DNA of 64,000 nucleotides from the human T2T-CHM13v2.0 reference genome, Homo sapiens. The DNA lies in the NCBI RefSeq assembly GCF_009914755.1, contig NC_060939.1. The stretch is one strand, 5' to 3'. Below are positions 1 to 20,815 of this stretch, piece by piece (position 1 is the stretch's first letter; every line of letters starts with the position of its first letter). Under the pieces are notes generated by a model. That model had not been told where the DNA came from. It saw only the letters and a program-made list of their open reading frames with translations, and did no database searches. Both the position numbers and the translations under genes were made by a program.

Positions 1-193
1 CCCAAAGTGCTGGGATTACAGTCGCGAGCCACTGCACCCGGCCACAAATTTTATTTTAAAATATTACTAAATTCTGAAATAACTTTTATGTAAAACTTAA
101 AATTTAGAAGTAAATGTATTTTAAATGAATATATTATTGCAAAGCAAAAGCAGAAGAGTACTCTTGCTGTGTTTTCACATAAATATATATATA

Positions 194-500
194 CAGTCAG
201 GTGCCAGGTAATGATGTTTAGGTCAGCATGGACCACCTTATGGTCCAATAAGGTTATAATACCATATTTTTACTGTACTTTTTTCTGTGTTTAGGTACAT
301 GAGTACTTAACATTTTGTTATAATTGCCTACAGTATTCAGTATAGTAGTTTGCCGAACAGGTGGGTTGCCTAGAGCGATAGGTGTGTGGTAGATAATATC
401 ATCTTGGTTTGTGTAAATACGCTGTATGATTGTACAGTGATGGAATTGCTAAAGATGCTTTTCTCAAAACATATCCCAGTTGTTATGTGATGCATTACTT
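194..500. mobile_element. Tigger3a (MER7A) TcMar DNA transposon MITE
   Basis: Starts TA|CAGTCA, ends ..TGCATTACTT|TA; internal blocks (TTATAATACCATATTTTTACTGTAC, AATTGCCTACAGTATTCAGTA, GGTTTGTGTAAATAC) match the recalled Tigger3a consensus. Confidence 0.8.
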
Positions 501-764
501 TATATAGAAAAATTTTGAAATTGCAAAATAATAATTTACTAAATCATAATGAAGTTACAGAGATTATAGCAGGTACAACTAGATAATTAGTAAGAGCACA
601 GTAGAAGTGCACAACACAAGGTTGGGCACCATGGCTTATGCCTTTAATCCTAGGACTTTGGAAGGCTGTGGTGAAAGGATCGCTTGAGCCCAGGATTTCG
701 AGACCAACCTGTGCAACATAGTAAGACCTCGTCTTTTCAAAAACTTTTAAAAACGAATTAGTCA

Positions 765-905
<141 letters not shown>

Positions 906-939
906 TTAATAAAAAGGGGAGAAAAGGGGGCCAGGCTCA

Positions 940-1062
<123 letters not shown>

Positions 1063-1313
1063 TCAATTTGCTGGACTTGGTGTGTGCCTGTAGTCCCAGC
1101 TACTTGGGAGGCTGAGGTGGAAGGATGACTTGAGCCTGGGAGGTCAGGGCTGCAGTTAGCTAAGATCGTGCCATTGCACTCCAGCCTTGGTGACAGGGCA
1201 AGACCCTGTCTTTTTAAAAAAAAAAAAGTACTTGCCAGGCACGGTGGCTCATGCCTGTAATCCCACCACTTTGGGAGGCCAAGGTGGGCAGATCACCTGA
1301 GGTCGGGAGTTCA

Positions 1314-4220
<2,907 letters not shown>

Positions 4221-5269
4221 TTTCCCCTTAATTACCTATCTTAGAGACAACTTTGAAAAATACAAATTTTGCACTGAGGTGGAAGGATAGCTTGAGGCTA
4301 GGAGTTTGAGACCAGCCTGGGCAACATAGCGAGACCCTGTCTCTACAAAAAATAAAAACATTAACAGGGCGTGATGTTATGTGTCTGTATTCCTAGCTGC
4401 TTGGGAGGCTGAGGCAGGAAGAATGCTTGAGCTTACGAGTTTGAGGCTGTAGTGAGCCATGACTGTGCTACTACACTCCAGTATGGGCGACAGAGACCCT
4501 GCCTCCATGAAAAAAAGAAAAAAGAAAAATACAGATTTTAGAGAAGACATTGTAGGATTACTGTATTTAGTGAAACAGCTTATATAGTAATGTAGAAACT
4601 GTGTCTTTCCTAGTTCGTCTTCCTCTTCTAAAAAATCCTACCATGTTCAAAGTATACCCAAATTTTACAGTTGAATGTTCACAGAAGACTAGGATTGGGT
4701 GACAAATTGTCATTCAGAATTGGATCATCAGGCTGGGCACCATGGCTCATGCCTGTAATCCCAGCACTTTGGGAGGCTGAGGCAGGAGGATTGCTTGGGG
4801 CTGGGAGTTCAAGACCAGTCTGGACAACATAGCAAGACCCTGTCTCTACTGGGGGGAAATAAAAGGATTGGATCATTAGGCATTTCAATGAATTATTCTG
4901 AAGAGTATGATTTTACTGTCAATGACTGCAGAATTTTAGTCTTGACCTTAATAGCTTCCTCTTCCGTTTTTGTAACCTGAAGTATTTGAATGTGTTCTAA
5001 AGTGACCGCCTTATAGTCTGTTCTGCAACAATATGTGGTGCCCCTACAATAATATTATTTAGCTTACTCACTATTGGTAAACAGGGGAGTAGTATCAATA
5101 ACATAGTAGGGGGGAGGGGTTTGTAGATGATTTTCTTCTAAACCAGACAACAAACTGAATAATTAGAGTTGAATTTGATATTCTCTTCATCAGGAAAGTA
5201 AAAAGCCTCCAGTTCAGCTGCTACATAGGCACAAGTCCTTTCACCTGTATTTTTATTTTTATTTTTTGA

Positions 5270-5565
<296 letters not shown>

Positions 5566-6998
5566 TAAAACTGATAATCTGCAGCAGATATTCTCTCTCC
5601 AGAGAGGTGCACCCTGGTCTAGCAGGGACTCTTCACATGTGGCAGTTTGCATTTCCTTTTGTACCCAACTTAACAGCAGCCCTGCTGGCTTAAAGCTTCA
5701 CTTTTCCCATAAGCCCGTTTCTACTTCATTGTTTTTAGTACCCTTTATTATCCCCTGAGGTAGCATTCCAGCCCTCTTAGCTGCCTTACCTGCGTAGGGA
5801 TGTCCAAGTTATCTCTGGTGGTCCCAGTCGTTGTTGTTTTAGAGACAGGGTCTCACTTTGTTGCCCAGGCTGGGGTGCAGTGGTGCAATCATAGCTCCCT
5901 GCAGCCTTGAACTCCTGGGCTCCCACCTGAGTCTCCCAAGTAGCTGAGATTACAGGCATGTGTCACCAAGCCCAGCTCCAATCATTGTTTTTGTTAGTGC
6001 TATGGTTACAAAGTTACAGGGGCATGAACTAATCTGCCCCAACATACCTCTCTCCCCTTCTGGACCCATTTTTTCCATAAGTTTTGTTACTTTTATTGTT
6101 GCAGAATGCAAGGTTTTCATGAATGTATGTATGTATGTTATAGCAGCTGTACTAGGACATTTCAGGGGGAGGCTAGGACTTAATGTAGTTGAAACTGCTG
6201 TATTATTTCTGTTCTTCAAAGACTTTATAAAGAGAGCTCCTGTATTTTTTGATAATGAAGATTCCATGTTTGTGATAGGAGGCTCCCTGATCCTCATTTT
6301 AAAATACAGGAGAATAGTACATGGTCAGAATTGGAAGGATTTTATTGTGGATCACTGAGGCATTATTGTATGCTATTGTAATTTTCACCATTTACAATGC
6401 CAAGTTTTGTTTCAGAAATAATGCAGCAATATCCAACTTGTAGAAAATGTATGTTAGTGCATTTTATTAGTTGCTGTAGGGTAAAAACATTAAATACAAA
6501 AAAGTAGAGATGAGAATGTTGATTATATGTATCAATTATATATAATATGTAAATTTGAAGATCTAATCCTTACCAAAAGATTTCAGGTAGTCTCATTAAA
6601 ACAGTAAGGAATTATGTAGGGCAGTATTATAGTAATACTAGAAAATCACTCATGTGGCTAGGTGCTGTGGCTCATGCCTGTAATCCCAGCACTTTGGGAG
6701 GCCGAGGCAGGCGAATCACGAGGTCAGGAGTTCGAGACCAGCCTGACCAATATGGTGATGCCCTGTCTCTACTAAGAATACAAAGATTAGCGGGGCGTGG
6801 TGGTGCGTGCCTGTAATCCCAGCTACTCGGGAGGCTCAGGCAGGAGAATCGCTTGAACCCAGGAGGCGGGCGGAGGTTGCTGTGAGGCATGATCGTGCCA
6901 CTGCACTCTAGCCTGGGTGACAGAGTCAGACTCTGTCTCAAAAAAAAAAAAAAGAAAAAGAAAAAATCACTCATGTGCATGACTCTAGAAAAAATTTA

Positions 6999-7229
<231 letters not shown>

Positions 7230-7900
7230 TTACAAATTAGAAAACTATATATATAAATAGTAAAACATAAATCATCCTAATGGCTGAAAGTATACTATTT
7301 TAGTCCATTAGTACTGCAAGAATAGTATAAACTGGTCATGGGGACTTGCCCCATATAAGGTAGCAAATAGAGAGCTTTGTTAAGGGGTAGACTCTATATT
7401 ATTTATTCTGGTAATTGAATAATTGAGGTAGGCAGTGCGGGTGTGGCAGTGCCAGGCCCCACCTTTATCCCCACCCTCTATTTTTGGGCTATATGTGACT
7501 TGCCAGCACATTCAGTGGGGCTCCCTCTCCTACCCTGAGTTGCTTAAGGAAATTATCTCTGTTCTTAAGGACACTTCTAAAAATGAGGGAAAGCTTTTGA
7601 AGATTCAGAGCACATTCTATAATTCAATATTTTGATAGCATGGAAAACTTAATGGACCTTGGGGAAGGGATCTGAATTGTAGGGATGCTGTAATTGTATT
7701 TGTATATTGTAATTGCATTCATGTTCTTACAGCCCTGTCAAATTTTTTCTGTGTTGATATTACCTATAATTGCATTTTGTTTTTCCTGGATATGAAAAGC
7801 AGAGGAAAGTATATTATACCGTATTTTTTCATTTTAATATTGTAACCTGTAAGGCAGAATGATTGTGCTTAGTGTGTTTTTTTTTCTCTTATATCTTAAG

Positions 7901-8039
7901 GAAGAGAGAGAAAATCCTTCAAAACGGAGTAGAATTGAACGTGATATAGATAACAATTTGATCACGTCAACACCAAGAGCAGGAGAAAAACCTAACAAAC
8001 AGATATCTCGAGTAAGACGGAAAAGTCAAGTAAATGGAG
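7901..8039 (+). CDS. CTDSPL2: CTDSPL2/SCP4 coding exon (approx. exon 3; E63-G108, [13 protein letters not shown]...RRKSQVNG)
   Basis: Acceptor ttaag|GAA, donor GGAG|gtttgt; 139 nt, phase 0-1; peptide matches recalled CTDSPL2. Confidence 0.95.
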
Positions 8040-8723
8040 GTTTGTTAATATTTAGATACTGTTTTATTTAGGTGTAAGCAGAGATCTCACCTGACACATT
8101 TCTTATCTATTTTTAAAACTCTACTTTGAGGCCGGGTGCAGTGGCTCATGCCTGTAATCCTCACATTTTGGGAGGCCGAGGTCGGCGGATCATTTGAGGC
8201 CAGGAATTTGAGACCAGCCTGGCCAACGTGGCAAAACCCCGTCTCTATTAAAATCACACACAAAAAATTAGCCAGGCGTGGTGGCGCATGCCTGTAATCT
8301 CAGCTACTCAGGTGGCTGAAGGTTGAGAATCGCTGGAACCCGGGAGGCAGAGGTTGCAGTAAGCTGAGATTGTGCCACTACACTCCAGCCTGGGTGACAG
8401 AGTGAGACTCTGTCTCAAAAACAAAACAAAACTACTTTGAGTAATTTTTGCCTTAATTTTGTAATCTTTGTATTATTAGTAACATGAAGTGAAATAAAAA
8501 TGTGCTAATTTGAATCTTACTTTGAATTAAAGTAAGTAAAGATAGAGTATATACCTTTATGCTATTTAGCATAAAAATGTATGTGGATCAACATTTTGAA
8601 CATCTAAATAAACTCATTTCTTAAAGCAATAATAATTGTGACTTAATTTAATTGAAATATATACCAAATTTCTTCCTAGATTATTCTACTTAAGAGCTCA
8701 GAGGGGACTTGCATCACTTAGTC

Positions 8724-8934
8724 CAGTAGGTTTCAACTAGGGGTGATTTTTTCCTCCAAGGGACATTTGTCAATATCTAGAGACCTTTTTGGTTGTCACA
8801 ACTTGTGGAGGGGTGGCTACTAGTGTCTACTAGGTGGATGTCAGAGATGTTAAACATCCTACAATACACAGGACAGCTCTTCAAAACAAAGAATTAGACT
8901 GAAATGTCAATACTGCCGCTGTTGATAAACTCTG
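8724..8934 (+). mobile_element. MER20 hAT-Charlie DNA transposon
   Basis: CAGTAGGTTTCAAC..GGGACATTTG..TTTTTGGTTGTCACAAC..AAACATCCTACAATACACAGGACAGC..GTTGATAAACTCTG matches recalled MER20. Confidence 0.85.
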
Positions 8935-9035
8935 TCAATACCTTGTTGCATAGCAGAGAAACTCCTCAAAGTCAAAAAGAAGGAGAATAGCATTAAGGAA
9001 AAGCAGAGACAGCTATAAAGAATAACACTTTAGAG

Positions 9036-9368
9036 CAACAGTCCCCAACCTCTTGGCAGCAAGGACCAGTTTTGTGGAAGACAGTTTTTCCACTGACAGT
9101 GATGGGAATGGTTTCAGGATGAAACTGTTCCATCTCAGATCATCAGACATTAGTTAGATTCTCATAAGGATCGCACAACCTAGATCCCTTGCATGTAAAG
9201 TTCACAGTAGGGTTCGTGTTCCTAAAAGAATCTAATGCAGCAGCTTATCTGCAGATAAGGTAGTAGAGGCAGAGCTCAGGCGTTAATGCTTGTTCACCTC
9301 CTGCTCTGCGGCCCAGTTCCTAATAGGCTGCGGACTGGTACCAGTGGGTATGGGGTTAGGGACCCCTG
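9036..9368. mobile_element. MER1B hAT DNA transposon with perfect 8-bp TSD
   Basis: Termini CAACAGTCCCCAACC / GGTTAGGGACCCCTG; TSD CTTTAGAG at 9028-9035 and 9369-9376; internal GAAACTGTTCCA.CTCAGATCATCAG and AACCTAGATCCCT. Confidence 0.88.
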
Positions 9369-10227
9369 CTTTAGAGTATGGAGTACTGTTTTAACGAATG
9401 CTATCTTAAACACAGCAGCAATTTCTCCCCTTGTCTCTGCCCAGTGCAGCAATATATCTTTATTGTTAGAAAAAACAAACCAGGAGGGAGAAAAAGACTG
9501 AGACAAGACAAGGGGGACAAAATAGAGAAAGAAACAAGTTAAAAGAACCATAGCAAAGAAGGAAATAAGTGTTGTAGACATCAAAAGTTGAGGAGAATCA
9601 AAGGATGATTAATTAGAACAGTTGATTGATTTTACTTTTATATTCTTAAAAGATCTGTGGAACATTTTGATTTACAGGAAACTTAAAATTATTTTCCCTA
9701 GCCACTCTGAGATGGCGTCTCAGTGTCCATAAGTAATTTTTGACACTGCTATATATAGCCTTTTGCTTCAGTAGAGTTATGTTGCCTCTATTCATTTCGC
9801 TGTCATTCATTAGATAGAAGCAGATGTGAGGGAAGGTTTTATGAATTAGAACCGTCCTAGAATGTAAACAAAAATAAAATTATTTGTGTTTTAGTTGGTG
9901 GGAACTAGTTTGCTTGTTTACAAAGAATTTTCTTCATTTTGTGTTATACTGTGTTGATTTGAAGCCTTTCAGTCTATAGGTGTAAATCTACTTTGAAAAA
10001 ACTCAGTAAATATTAGCATTATAAACACATTGATACATAAAGAGCATTTGACTTACGAGTAATTTACCTCAATGTTTCTTTAATAAGCTTTCCTGAACAT
10101 TAACATTAATTAGCTTTTGTGAAGTATTTTGAGGGAAAAAGAGTTACTTCTATAATGAATGATTTATAACACACTTCTGAAATTCAGTGTTTTCTAGATC
10201 ATGACTTTTTTCTTGTTTCTTTTTTAG

Positions 10228-10377
10228 AAGCTGGTAGTTATGAAATGACAAATCAACATGTAAAACAAAATGGAAAATTAGAAGATAATCCTTCCTCTGG
10301 CAGTCCTCCAAGGACTACTTTGTTGGGGACCATATTTTCACCTGTCTTCAACTTTTTTTCACCAGCAAATAAAAATG
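10228..10377 (+). CDS. CTDSPL2: CTDSPL2 coding exon (approx. exon 4; E109-N158)
   Basis: Polypyrimidine tract plus tag|AAG, donor AATG|gtaagt; 150 nt, phase 1-1; encodes [13 protein letters not shown]...FSPANKN. Confidence 0.96.
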
Positions 10378-11159
10378 GTAAGTATAAACTGTTAACTGTG
10401 ATTTGGATTTTTTTTAAAAAAATGCATAGTTTGGGTTTTTTTTTTTTTTTTTTCTTGAGACGAAGTCTCTCTTTGTTGCCCAGGCTGGAGTGCAGTGACG
10501 CGATCTCCCCGCTCACTGCAGCCTCTGCCTCCCAGGTTCAAGCAATACTCCTGCCTCAGCCTTACAAGTAGGTGGGACTGTAGGTACCTGCCACCATGCC
10601 CGGCTAATATTTTTTGTATTTTTGGTTGAGACGGGGTTTCACCATGTTGACCAGGCTGGTCTCAAACTCTTGACCTTCAAGTGATCCGCCCACCTCGGAT
10701 TCCCAAAGTGCTGGAATTACAGATGTGAGCAACTGTGCCCAGCAAAAAAATACATAGTTTTTAAAAAGATCTTTTTTATTTTATTAGCATATTTTGTCAA
10801 TGTCTCGTGTATGTTTTCCACCTCATTAATAATATACAGCTCCTTGGGAGCTGGGTGTGGTGGCTGATGCCGGTAATCTGAACTCTTCGGGAAGCCAAGA
10901 CAGGAGAATTGCTCAAGGGCAGGAGTTTGAGACTAGCCTGGGCAACATAGTGAGACCCTGTCTCTACAAAAAAATGTAAAAATTATTTGGGCGTGGTAGT
11001 GCACGCCTGTAGTCCTAGCTACTCCAGAGGCTGAGGTGGGAGGAATGCTTCAATCCAGCAGTTTGAACCCAGGAGTTTGAGGCTGCAGTGTGCTGTGATT
11101 GTACCACTGCACTCAAGCTTGGACAGCCAAGTAGGGGGTCCACGTAAAAAAAAATAAAA

Positions 11160-13800
<2,641 letters not shown>

Positions 13801-14460
13801 CTGGGATTATTATTTTTTCTTTTTTAATTGAGACAGGGTCTTGCTCTGTCACCCAGGCTGGAGTGCAATAGTACGATCACCGTTCACTGCAGCCTTGACC
13901 TCCTTCTGGGCCCAAGCGATCCTCCCACTTCAGCCTCATGAGTAGCTGGGATCACAGATGTGCACCACCACACCCAGCTAGTTTTTATATTCTTTGTAGA
14001 GACAGCCATGTTGCCCAGGCTGGTTTTGAACTCCTGAGCTCAAGCAATCTGCTTGCCTCAGCCTCCCAAAGTGCTGGGATTACAGGCATGAGTCACCACA
14101 CCTGGCCCAGTCTTTGTTATTGAGATGGAGTTTTGCTGAGAAATTATTTTTATATCTTTTAATTAAAAGGTTCTCATGATTAGGGGAACAGCTAATTTTT
14201 TGATACCTCTGGTTGAAAAATTACAATTGCACACATGACTAGGATGCAGAAACTTTGCTCACAAATGTTACTCTAGCCTGTAAGTCTTTATTCTTCATTG
14301 TTTGAAATAGCTAGCAAAGATTCTCTAAAAGCAATATACTCAGCTTTGTTCCTGCAGGAATGATCAGTCTAAATAAATATATTGTACGGTGATGCTGCAT
14401 TTAGTTTTTCTAAATAGGTGCATTTTTAAATGATGATAGTACACTGAATCATGATTTCAG

Positions 14461-14676
14461 GAACGTCAGGATCAGATTCTCCAGGACAGGCTGTGGAAGC
14501 TGAAGAAATAGTAAAACAACTTGATATGGAACAGGTGGATGAGATCACTACCAGTACTACTACATCAACTAATGGAGCAGCTTACTCAAATCAAGCAGTT
14601 CAAGTGAGACCATCACTAAACAATGGTTTAGAAGAAGCAGAAGAAACAGTTAATCGTGATATCCCACCCCTTACAG
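14461..14676 (+). CDS. CTDSPL2: CTDSPL2 coding exon (approx. exon 5; G159-T230)
   Basis: ttcag|GAACG ... ACAG|gtgaag; 216 nt, phase 1-1; encodes [15 protein letters not shown]...DIPPLT. Confidence 0.95.
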
Positions 14677-15189
14677 GTGAAGAAAATTTCTTTTCTTATA
14701 CATCTTCATGAGTAGTTGATAAAAAATAACAGTATTTCATATTTTTTCTTAAATGAGCACATTATATGCATAGGTTTTTCTTCCTGGAAGTTAAGAAAAA
14801 GTTAAAATTGGAAACAAAGCTTTGTCCCAAAAATCCAAAGTCATTTTGAAATTGAAATTTTTTAAAAGATTTTGACTAAGTATTAGTCATTTTACAGTTT
14901 AATTATTACTACTAATCTTATTGCTTGGAGAAATTTAATACAACTAACAAAATATATGCTCATGTTTATGAATATCCTTATTATTATTGCACAAGTCTTA
15001 GACCCTTATGTCTGAGGTCACTAGCTAGAGGCAGTCTCATACCTTCAGATTTGTTTGATTACATCAATGACATCCCCCCAAAAACTGCTTCTGTTCCTAG
15101 ATCTCCCTATATACCTAAGTTTGCAGCCTGACTTGGAACCTTATAAAGGCCAAACATAATTATTGGGTTTCGGAGCCATTTGTCCTTGA

Positions 15190-15717
<528 letters not shown>

Positions 15718-15720
15718 TAA

Positions 15721-15864
<144 letters not shown>

Positions 15865-16066
15865 TAGCCGGGGATGGTGGCATGTGCCTGTAGTCCTAAT
15901 TACTCAGGAGGCTGAAGTGGGAGGATTGCTTGAGCCCAGGAATTCCAGACTGCCGTGAGCTATGACTGAGCCACTGCAATCCAGCCTAGGCAGCAGAGCA
16001 AGATCCAGTCTTGGGAAAGACAAAAGAAAAAAAGAAACATAGTTTGGTTTAAGGAAATATAATATA

Positions 16067-16217
16067 CAGATGGTTCCTGAGTTACAGTGGTTCAACTTCC
16101 AATTCTTTTACTTTACAATGGGTTTATCAGGGTGTTAAATGCATTTTGACCTATGATATTTGTGACTTATGATGGGTTTATTGGGATATAGCCCCATCAT
16201 AAGTCTAGGAGCATCTG
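16067..16217. mobile_element. MER47-like (Tigger-derived) MITE
   Basis: TA-flanked terminal inverted repeats CAGATGGTTCCTGAGTTA / TAAGTCTAGGAGCATCTG. Confidence 0.7.
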
Positions 16218-18372
16218 TACTTCTCTCAGCTATAAAAAGGAAACTTTTAAAAAAGTAATTGACACAGCAGAAAACATTTAAAGAAAATATGATACAATTA
16301 TGAAACTTCTATATAATGCAATCCAGTAATACCAACGTGAAGAGACAAGCAGCAAAATAGGTTTATTTTAAAGTCATCAAGTGAAAGATTCATATGTATA
16401 ATGTTAAATTCAGAATTTAAAAATAATACAGAATCTAACAGTCAAATCAATACAATTACGTTCATTCTTTTGTGGGTAATATTTGCAATTTAACCCACCT
16501 TTGACCCATCATTTTATGCTTATTACTTTGCCCAGTGGTATAAGACTAATAAAGTATAGACTAAAGTTCAGGGCTTTGGCTTCCTGTTCGATGTTTGTTC
16601 TGTATTTTCATGCTCTTGTATAAGCCTTTTTATTTATTTTTTCTGACAACTGTGAAGATGGAGAAAGGATTTCTGTAACTTAGCGGTTTCTAGAAGGGAA
16701 AATTAAGATATACTATAGTTGTCACAGTCATTCATTTATTCTCCCAGCATTTATGAGCACCTTTTTTTTTTGTGATTGGAACTGTTGATGAATTGACTCC
16801 TGAGGAGTTTGTGATCTAATTGAAGAGCCAAATATACAGAAACATCACTATACAGTATGGTGAGTGCTGCTACAAAGAAGTGAGCTAAATGACATGGTGT
16901 GTCACATTGCAGTTACTCTGATTGGGATGATCATGAGAGTATAGATAGAGGCATTTAGTATGAGTGACAAAAGTATTCTTTTCCTTAACTTTGAGAACAT
17001 AGCCAAAGAGAACAAGAAGGTAGGAAGCTAGCAGCTGTGTTACTTTGGACAGCTTATTTAAGCTTTTGAGACAGTTTCAAAAACAGTTTTCTTAGCTTTA
17101 ACATAGTTTTTGTAATACAAGGTTTTGCAGGCTAAAGGAGATAAAATAGGCAAAATACTTAGCATATAAGCACTTAACAAATATTCTTGGCTGGGTGCCG
17201 TGGCTCATGCCTATAATCACAGCACTTTGGGAGGCCAAGGTGGGCAGATCACTTGAGCTTAGGAGTTTGAGACTAGCCTGGGCAATATGGCGAAACCCTG
17301 TATCTACAAAAACAACAACAAAAAAATTAGCTGGGCATCGTGGCTTGCATACTATAGTCCCAGCTACTTGAAGGGCTGAGGTGGGAGGATTGCTTGAGCC
17401 TGTGAGGTCAAGGCTGCAGTGAGCTGTGTTCATGCCACTGCACTCTAGCCTAGGCAACAAAGTGAGACCTGTCTCAAAAAATAATAATAAAATAAAAATA
17501 TTCTTTCATCTGAGATTAATAGGAACTTGAAATGGTAAAGTTGTTGGAGATTTTTTTTTGTGCTGATTATTGGAAGCATAATGTCAGAGATGAAAAAAAA
17601 TTCTGCTTTACATCTGATGTCATCCATTGGACATACACACCACGTTGACTCTGTCTCAAAAGGTGTTAATACATGATAATTGCACAAAAGATTAATTTTT
17701 GTCTTGAAAGACTATTATCTACCATTTCATTTCTATAGAAAGACTATAGAAATTTTTATTGGGTTCTACTTTAAATTTTTATATCTGAGACGTTACCTAT
17801 TTGGCTTGTAAGTTACCTTTGTCTTCTTACATTTAAGTTATAATTATTGTCTTGGAAAATTCCCAGCATAATTTCTAAAGCACTATCAAAAGATAAGCTC
17901 TTAGCTCAAACTGGGAATGAACTATGGCATGCAATATAGAATTACTTCTTGATCATTTTTAAGTGTTTATAAATTAGAAGTAAAATAGTAAGTCTTCTAA
18001 GCAGTGATTTTGATCAGGTACAGTGGCTCACCAGCACTTGAGGAGGCCTAGGAAGGAGGATCTGTTCAGCCCAGGAGTTCAAGACCAGCCTGGGCAGCAT
18101 AACAAGATACTTTTTTGTCTCCACAAAAAAATTTTTAAAAATAATCCAGGTGTGGTGGTACATCTGTAGTCCCACCTACTTGGGAGGCTGAGGAGGATTG
18201 CTGGAGCCCAGGTCGAGTCCACAGTGTTTGCTCCACTGTGCTCCAGCCTGGGCAACAGAGCAGGACCCTGTCTCAAAAAAAAAAAGGTTAAAAGAATAAT
18301 TTCTGGCTGGATGCAGTGGCTCATGCCTGTAGTCCCTGCACTTTGCGAGGCCGGGTCACCTGATGTGGATCA

Positions 18373-18772
<400 letters not shown>

Positions 18773-20056
18773 TGAATAGCTGGGATTACAGGCATGTGCC
18801 ACCATGCCCAGCTAATTTTGTATTTCTATAGAAATGGGGTTTCTCCATGTTTGTCAGGCTGATCTCGAACTCCTGACCTCAGGTGATCCGCCTGCCTTGG
18901 CCTCCCAAAGTGCTGGGATTACAGGCGCCCGCCACCACTCCTGGCTGCATTTCTTAATTTTTTAAGATTATAGTCGTGGCCGGGTGCGGTGGCTCACGCC
19001 TGGAATTCTAGCACTTTGGGAGGCCGAGGCTGGTGGATCATGAGGTCAGGAGATCGAGAGCATCCTAGCTAACACTGTGAAACCCCGTCTCTACTAAAAA
19101 TACAATAATTAGCCAGGTGTGGTGGCACATGCCTGTAGTCCCAGCTACTTGGGAGGCAGAGCCTGCAGTGAGCCAAGATCACGCCACTGCACTCCAGCCT
19201 GGGTGACAGAGCGAGACTCCGCCTCAAAAAAAAAAAAAAAGAGATCATAGTCTTGAGATTCCTGGGAACATACAGTTTTTTAAAATAAATCTTCAAAGGG
19301 CTCATGAACTTTTTAAAGACTGTTCATGGTCCGGGCGCAGTGGCTCACGCCTGTAATCCCAACACTTTGGGAGGTTGAGGTGCACGGATCACCTGGGGTT
19401 GGGTGTTTGAGACCAGCCAGACCAACATGGAGAAACCCAGTCTCTACCAAAAATACAAAAATCAGCCAGGTGTGGTGGCACGTGTCTAATCCCAGCTGCT
19501 CACAAGGCTGAGGCAGGAGAATCGCTTGAACCTGTGGGGTGGAGGTTGCAGTGAGTTGAGATCATGCCATTTGCACTCTAGCCTGGGCGACAGATCGAGA
19601 CTCCATCTCAAAAAAAAAACACAAAAAACCTACATTTGGGTCTGTTGTCAGCATACATTTACTGACTGCGTGTATGTACAAGGCATTTTATGAACTATTA
19701 CCCCTATAAGAGCACCATGAAATTTTTTGGTGATTACATGTAAACACCATACAATTAGAAGATTACATTTTTTGGTGTATATTTTTCTAGTAATAAGTAG
19801 TAGATTTTTTCTTAGCTGATAAACATCTTAATTCTAGCCATGATCTGGTTTGCCATTTTTTCTATAGTGGTCATTTTTCCCTTTAGATCTAAAGTTAGAT
19901 CTGTATGTTAATAAATTGGCTTTTAGGTGTTTACAAGTTATTTCTGTCTTTAAAATACACAAGGCTTTAGGAAGATCTTAGATAGAAGCAGTAAAAATAT
20001 ATATTTCATGAAGCATTAAGTAAAAGCAACATTTTTTCTTTCACTATGTTAAATAG

Positions 20057-20135
20057 CACCAGTAACTCCAGATAGTGGTTATTCATCAGCCCACGCGGAG
20101 GCCACCTATGAAGAAGACTGGGAAGTATTTGACCC
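20057..20135 (+). CDS. CTDSPL2: CTDSPL2 coding exon (approx. exon 6; A231-D256)
   Basis: aatag|CACC ... GACCC|gtgagt; 79 nt, phase 1-2; encodes APVTPDSGYSSAHAEATYEEDWEVFD; not in the ORF track. Confidence 0.94.
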
Positions 20136-20703
20136 GTGAGTTGCTTTTTTCTCTTTTTTTCTTTCCTTTTTGGAGCATGATGAGAGTACGTTATATATGT
20201 GGATTGGTGGCTAAATAGTATATTGCCAAGATATGTGACCTGTAGGTATTTGAAACTTTTAATGGGGCTGGGTGCAGTGGCTCATCCCAGCACTTTGAGA
20301 GACCCAGGCAGGCAGATTGTTTGAGCCTGGAGTTCAAGACCAACCTGGGCAACGTGGCAAAACCTCGTCCCTATAAAAAATACAGAAATTGGCCGGACAC
20401 GGTGGCACATGCCTGTAGTCCCAGCTATTAGGGAAGGTGAGGTGGGAGGATCACTTGAGCCCAGGAGGCAGAGGTTACAGTGACCTGTGATAGAGTGAGA
20501 CTGTCTCAAAAACAAACAAACAAAAACAGCTGTTACTATTTTACAGAGATACTAATTTGTATGTTTTCACTTTTATTAATATGTTTTATAAGTTTTGTTT
20601 TCTGGGTTAACTGCTTTATAGATTTTTAAATGGGCTGAGCTTAGTAATGTTCTATATGTATAAAAAGTAAAATGTTGAAATTTTCTTAAAATCTGATTTA
20701 TAG

Positions 20704-20815
20704 CTATTATTTCATCAAACATGTCCCGCCACTGACAGAAGAACAACTAAATAGGAAACCTGCTCTTCCGTTGAAAACAAGAAGCACACCGGAATTCTCC
20801 CTAGTTTTAGACTTG
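20704..20815 (+). CDS. CTDSPL2: CTDSPL2 coding exon (approx. exon 7; P257-L294), start of FCP1-homology phosphatase domain
   Basis: tatag|CTAT ... TTG|gtaagt; 112 nt, phase 2-0; encodes [10 protein letters not shown]...FSLVLDL. Confidence 0.95.

Noticed and set aside
5950-6358. Opposing 115-aa and 132-aa ORFs in unique-looking intron sequence
   Set aside because: One end lies in an Alu fragment, there is no recognisable homology, and the CTDSPL2 frame is complete without them
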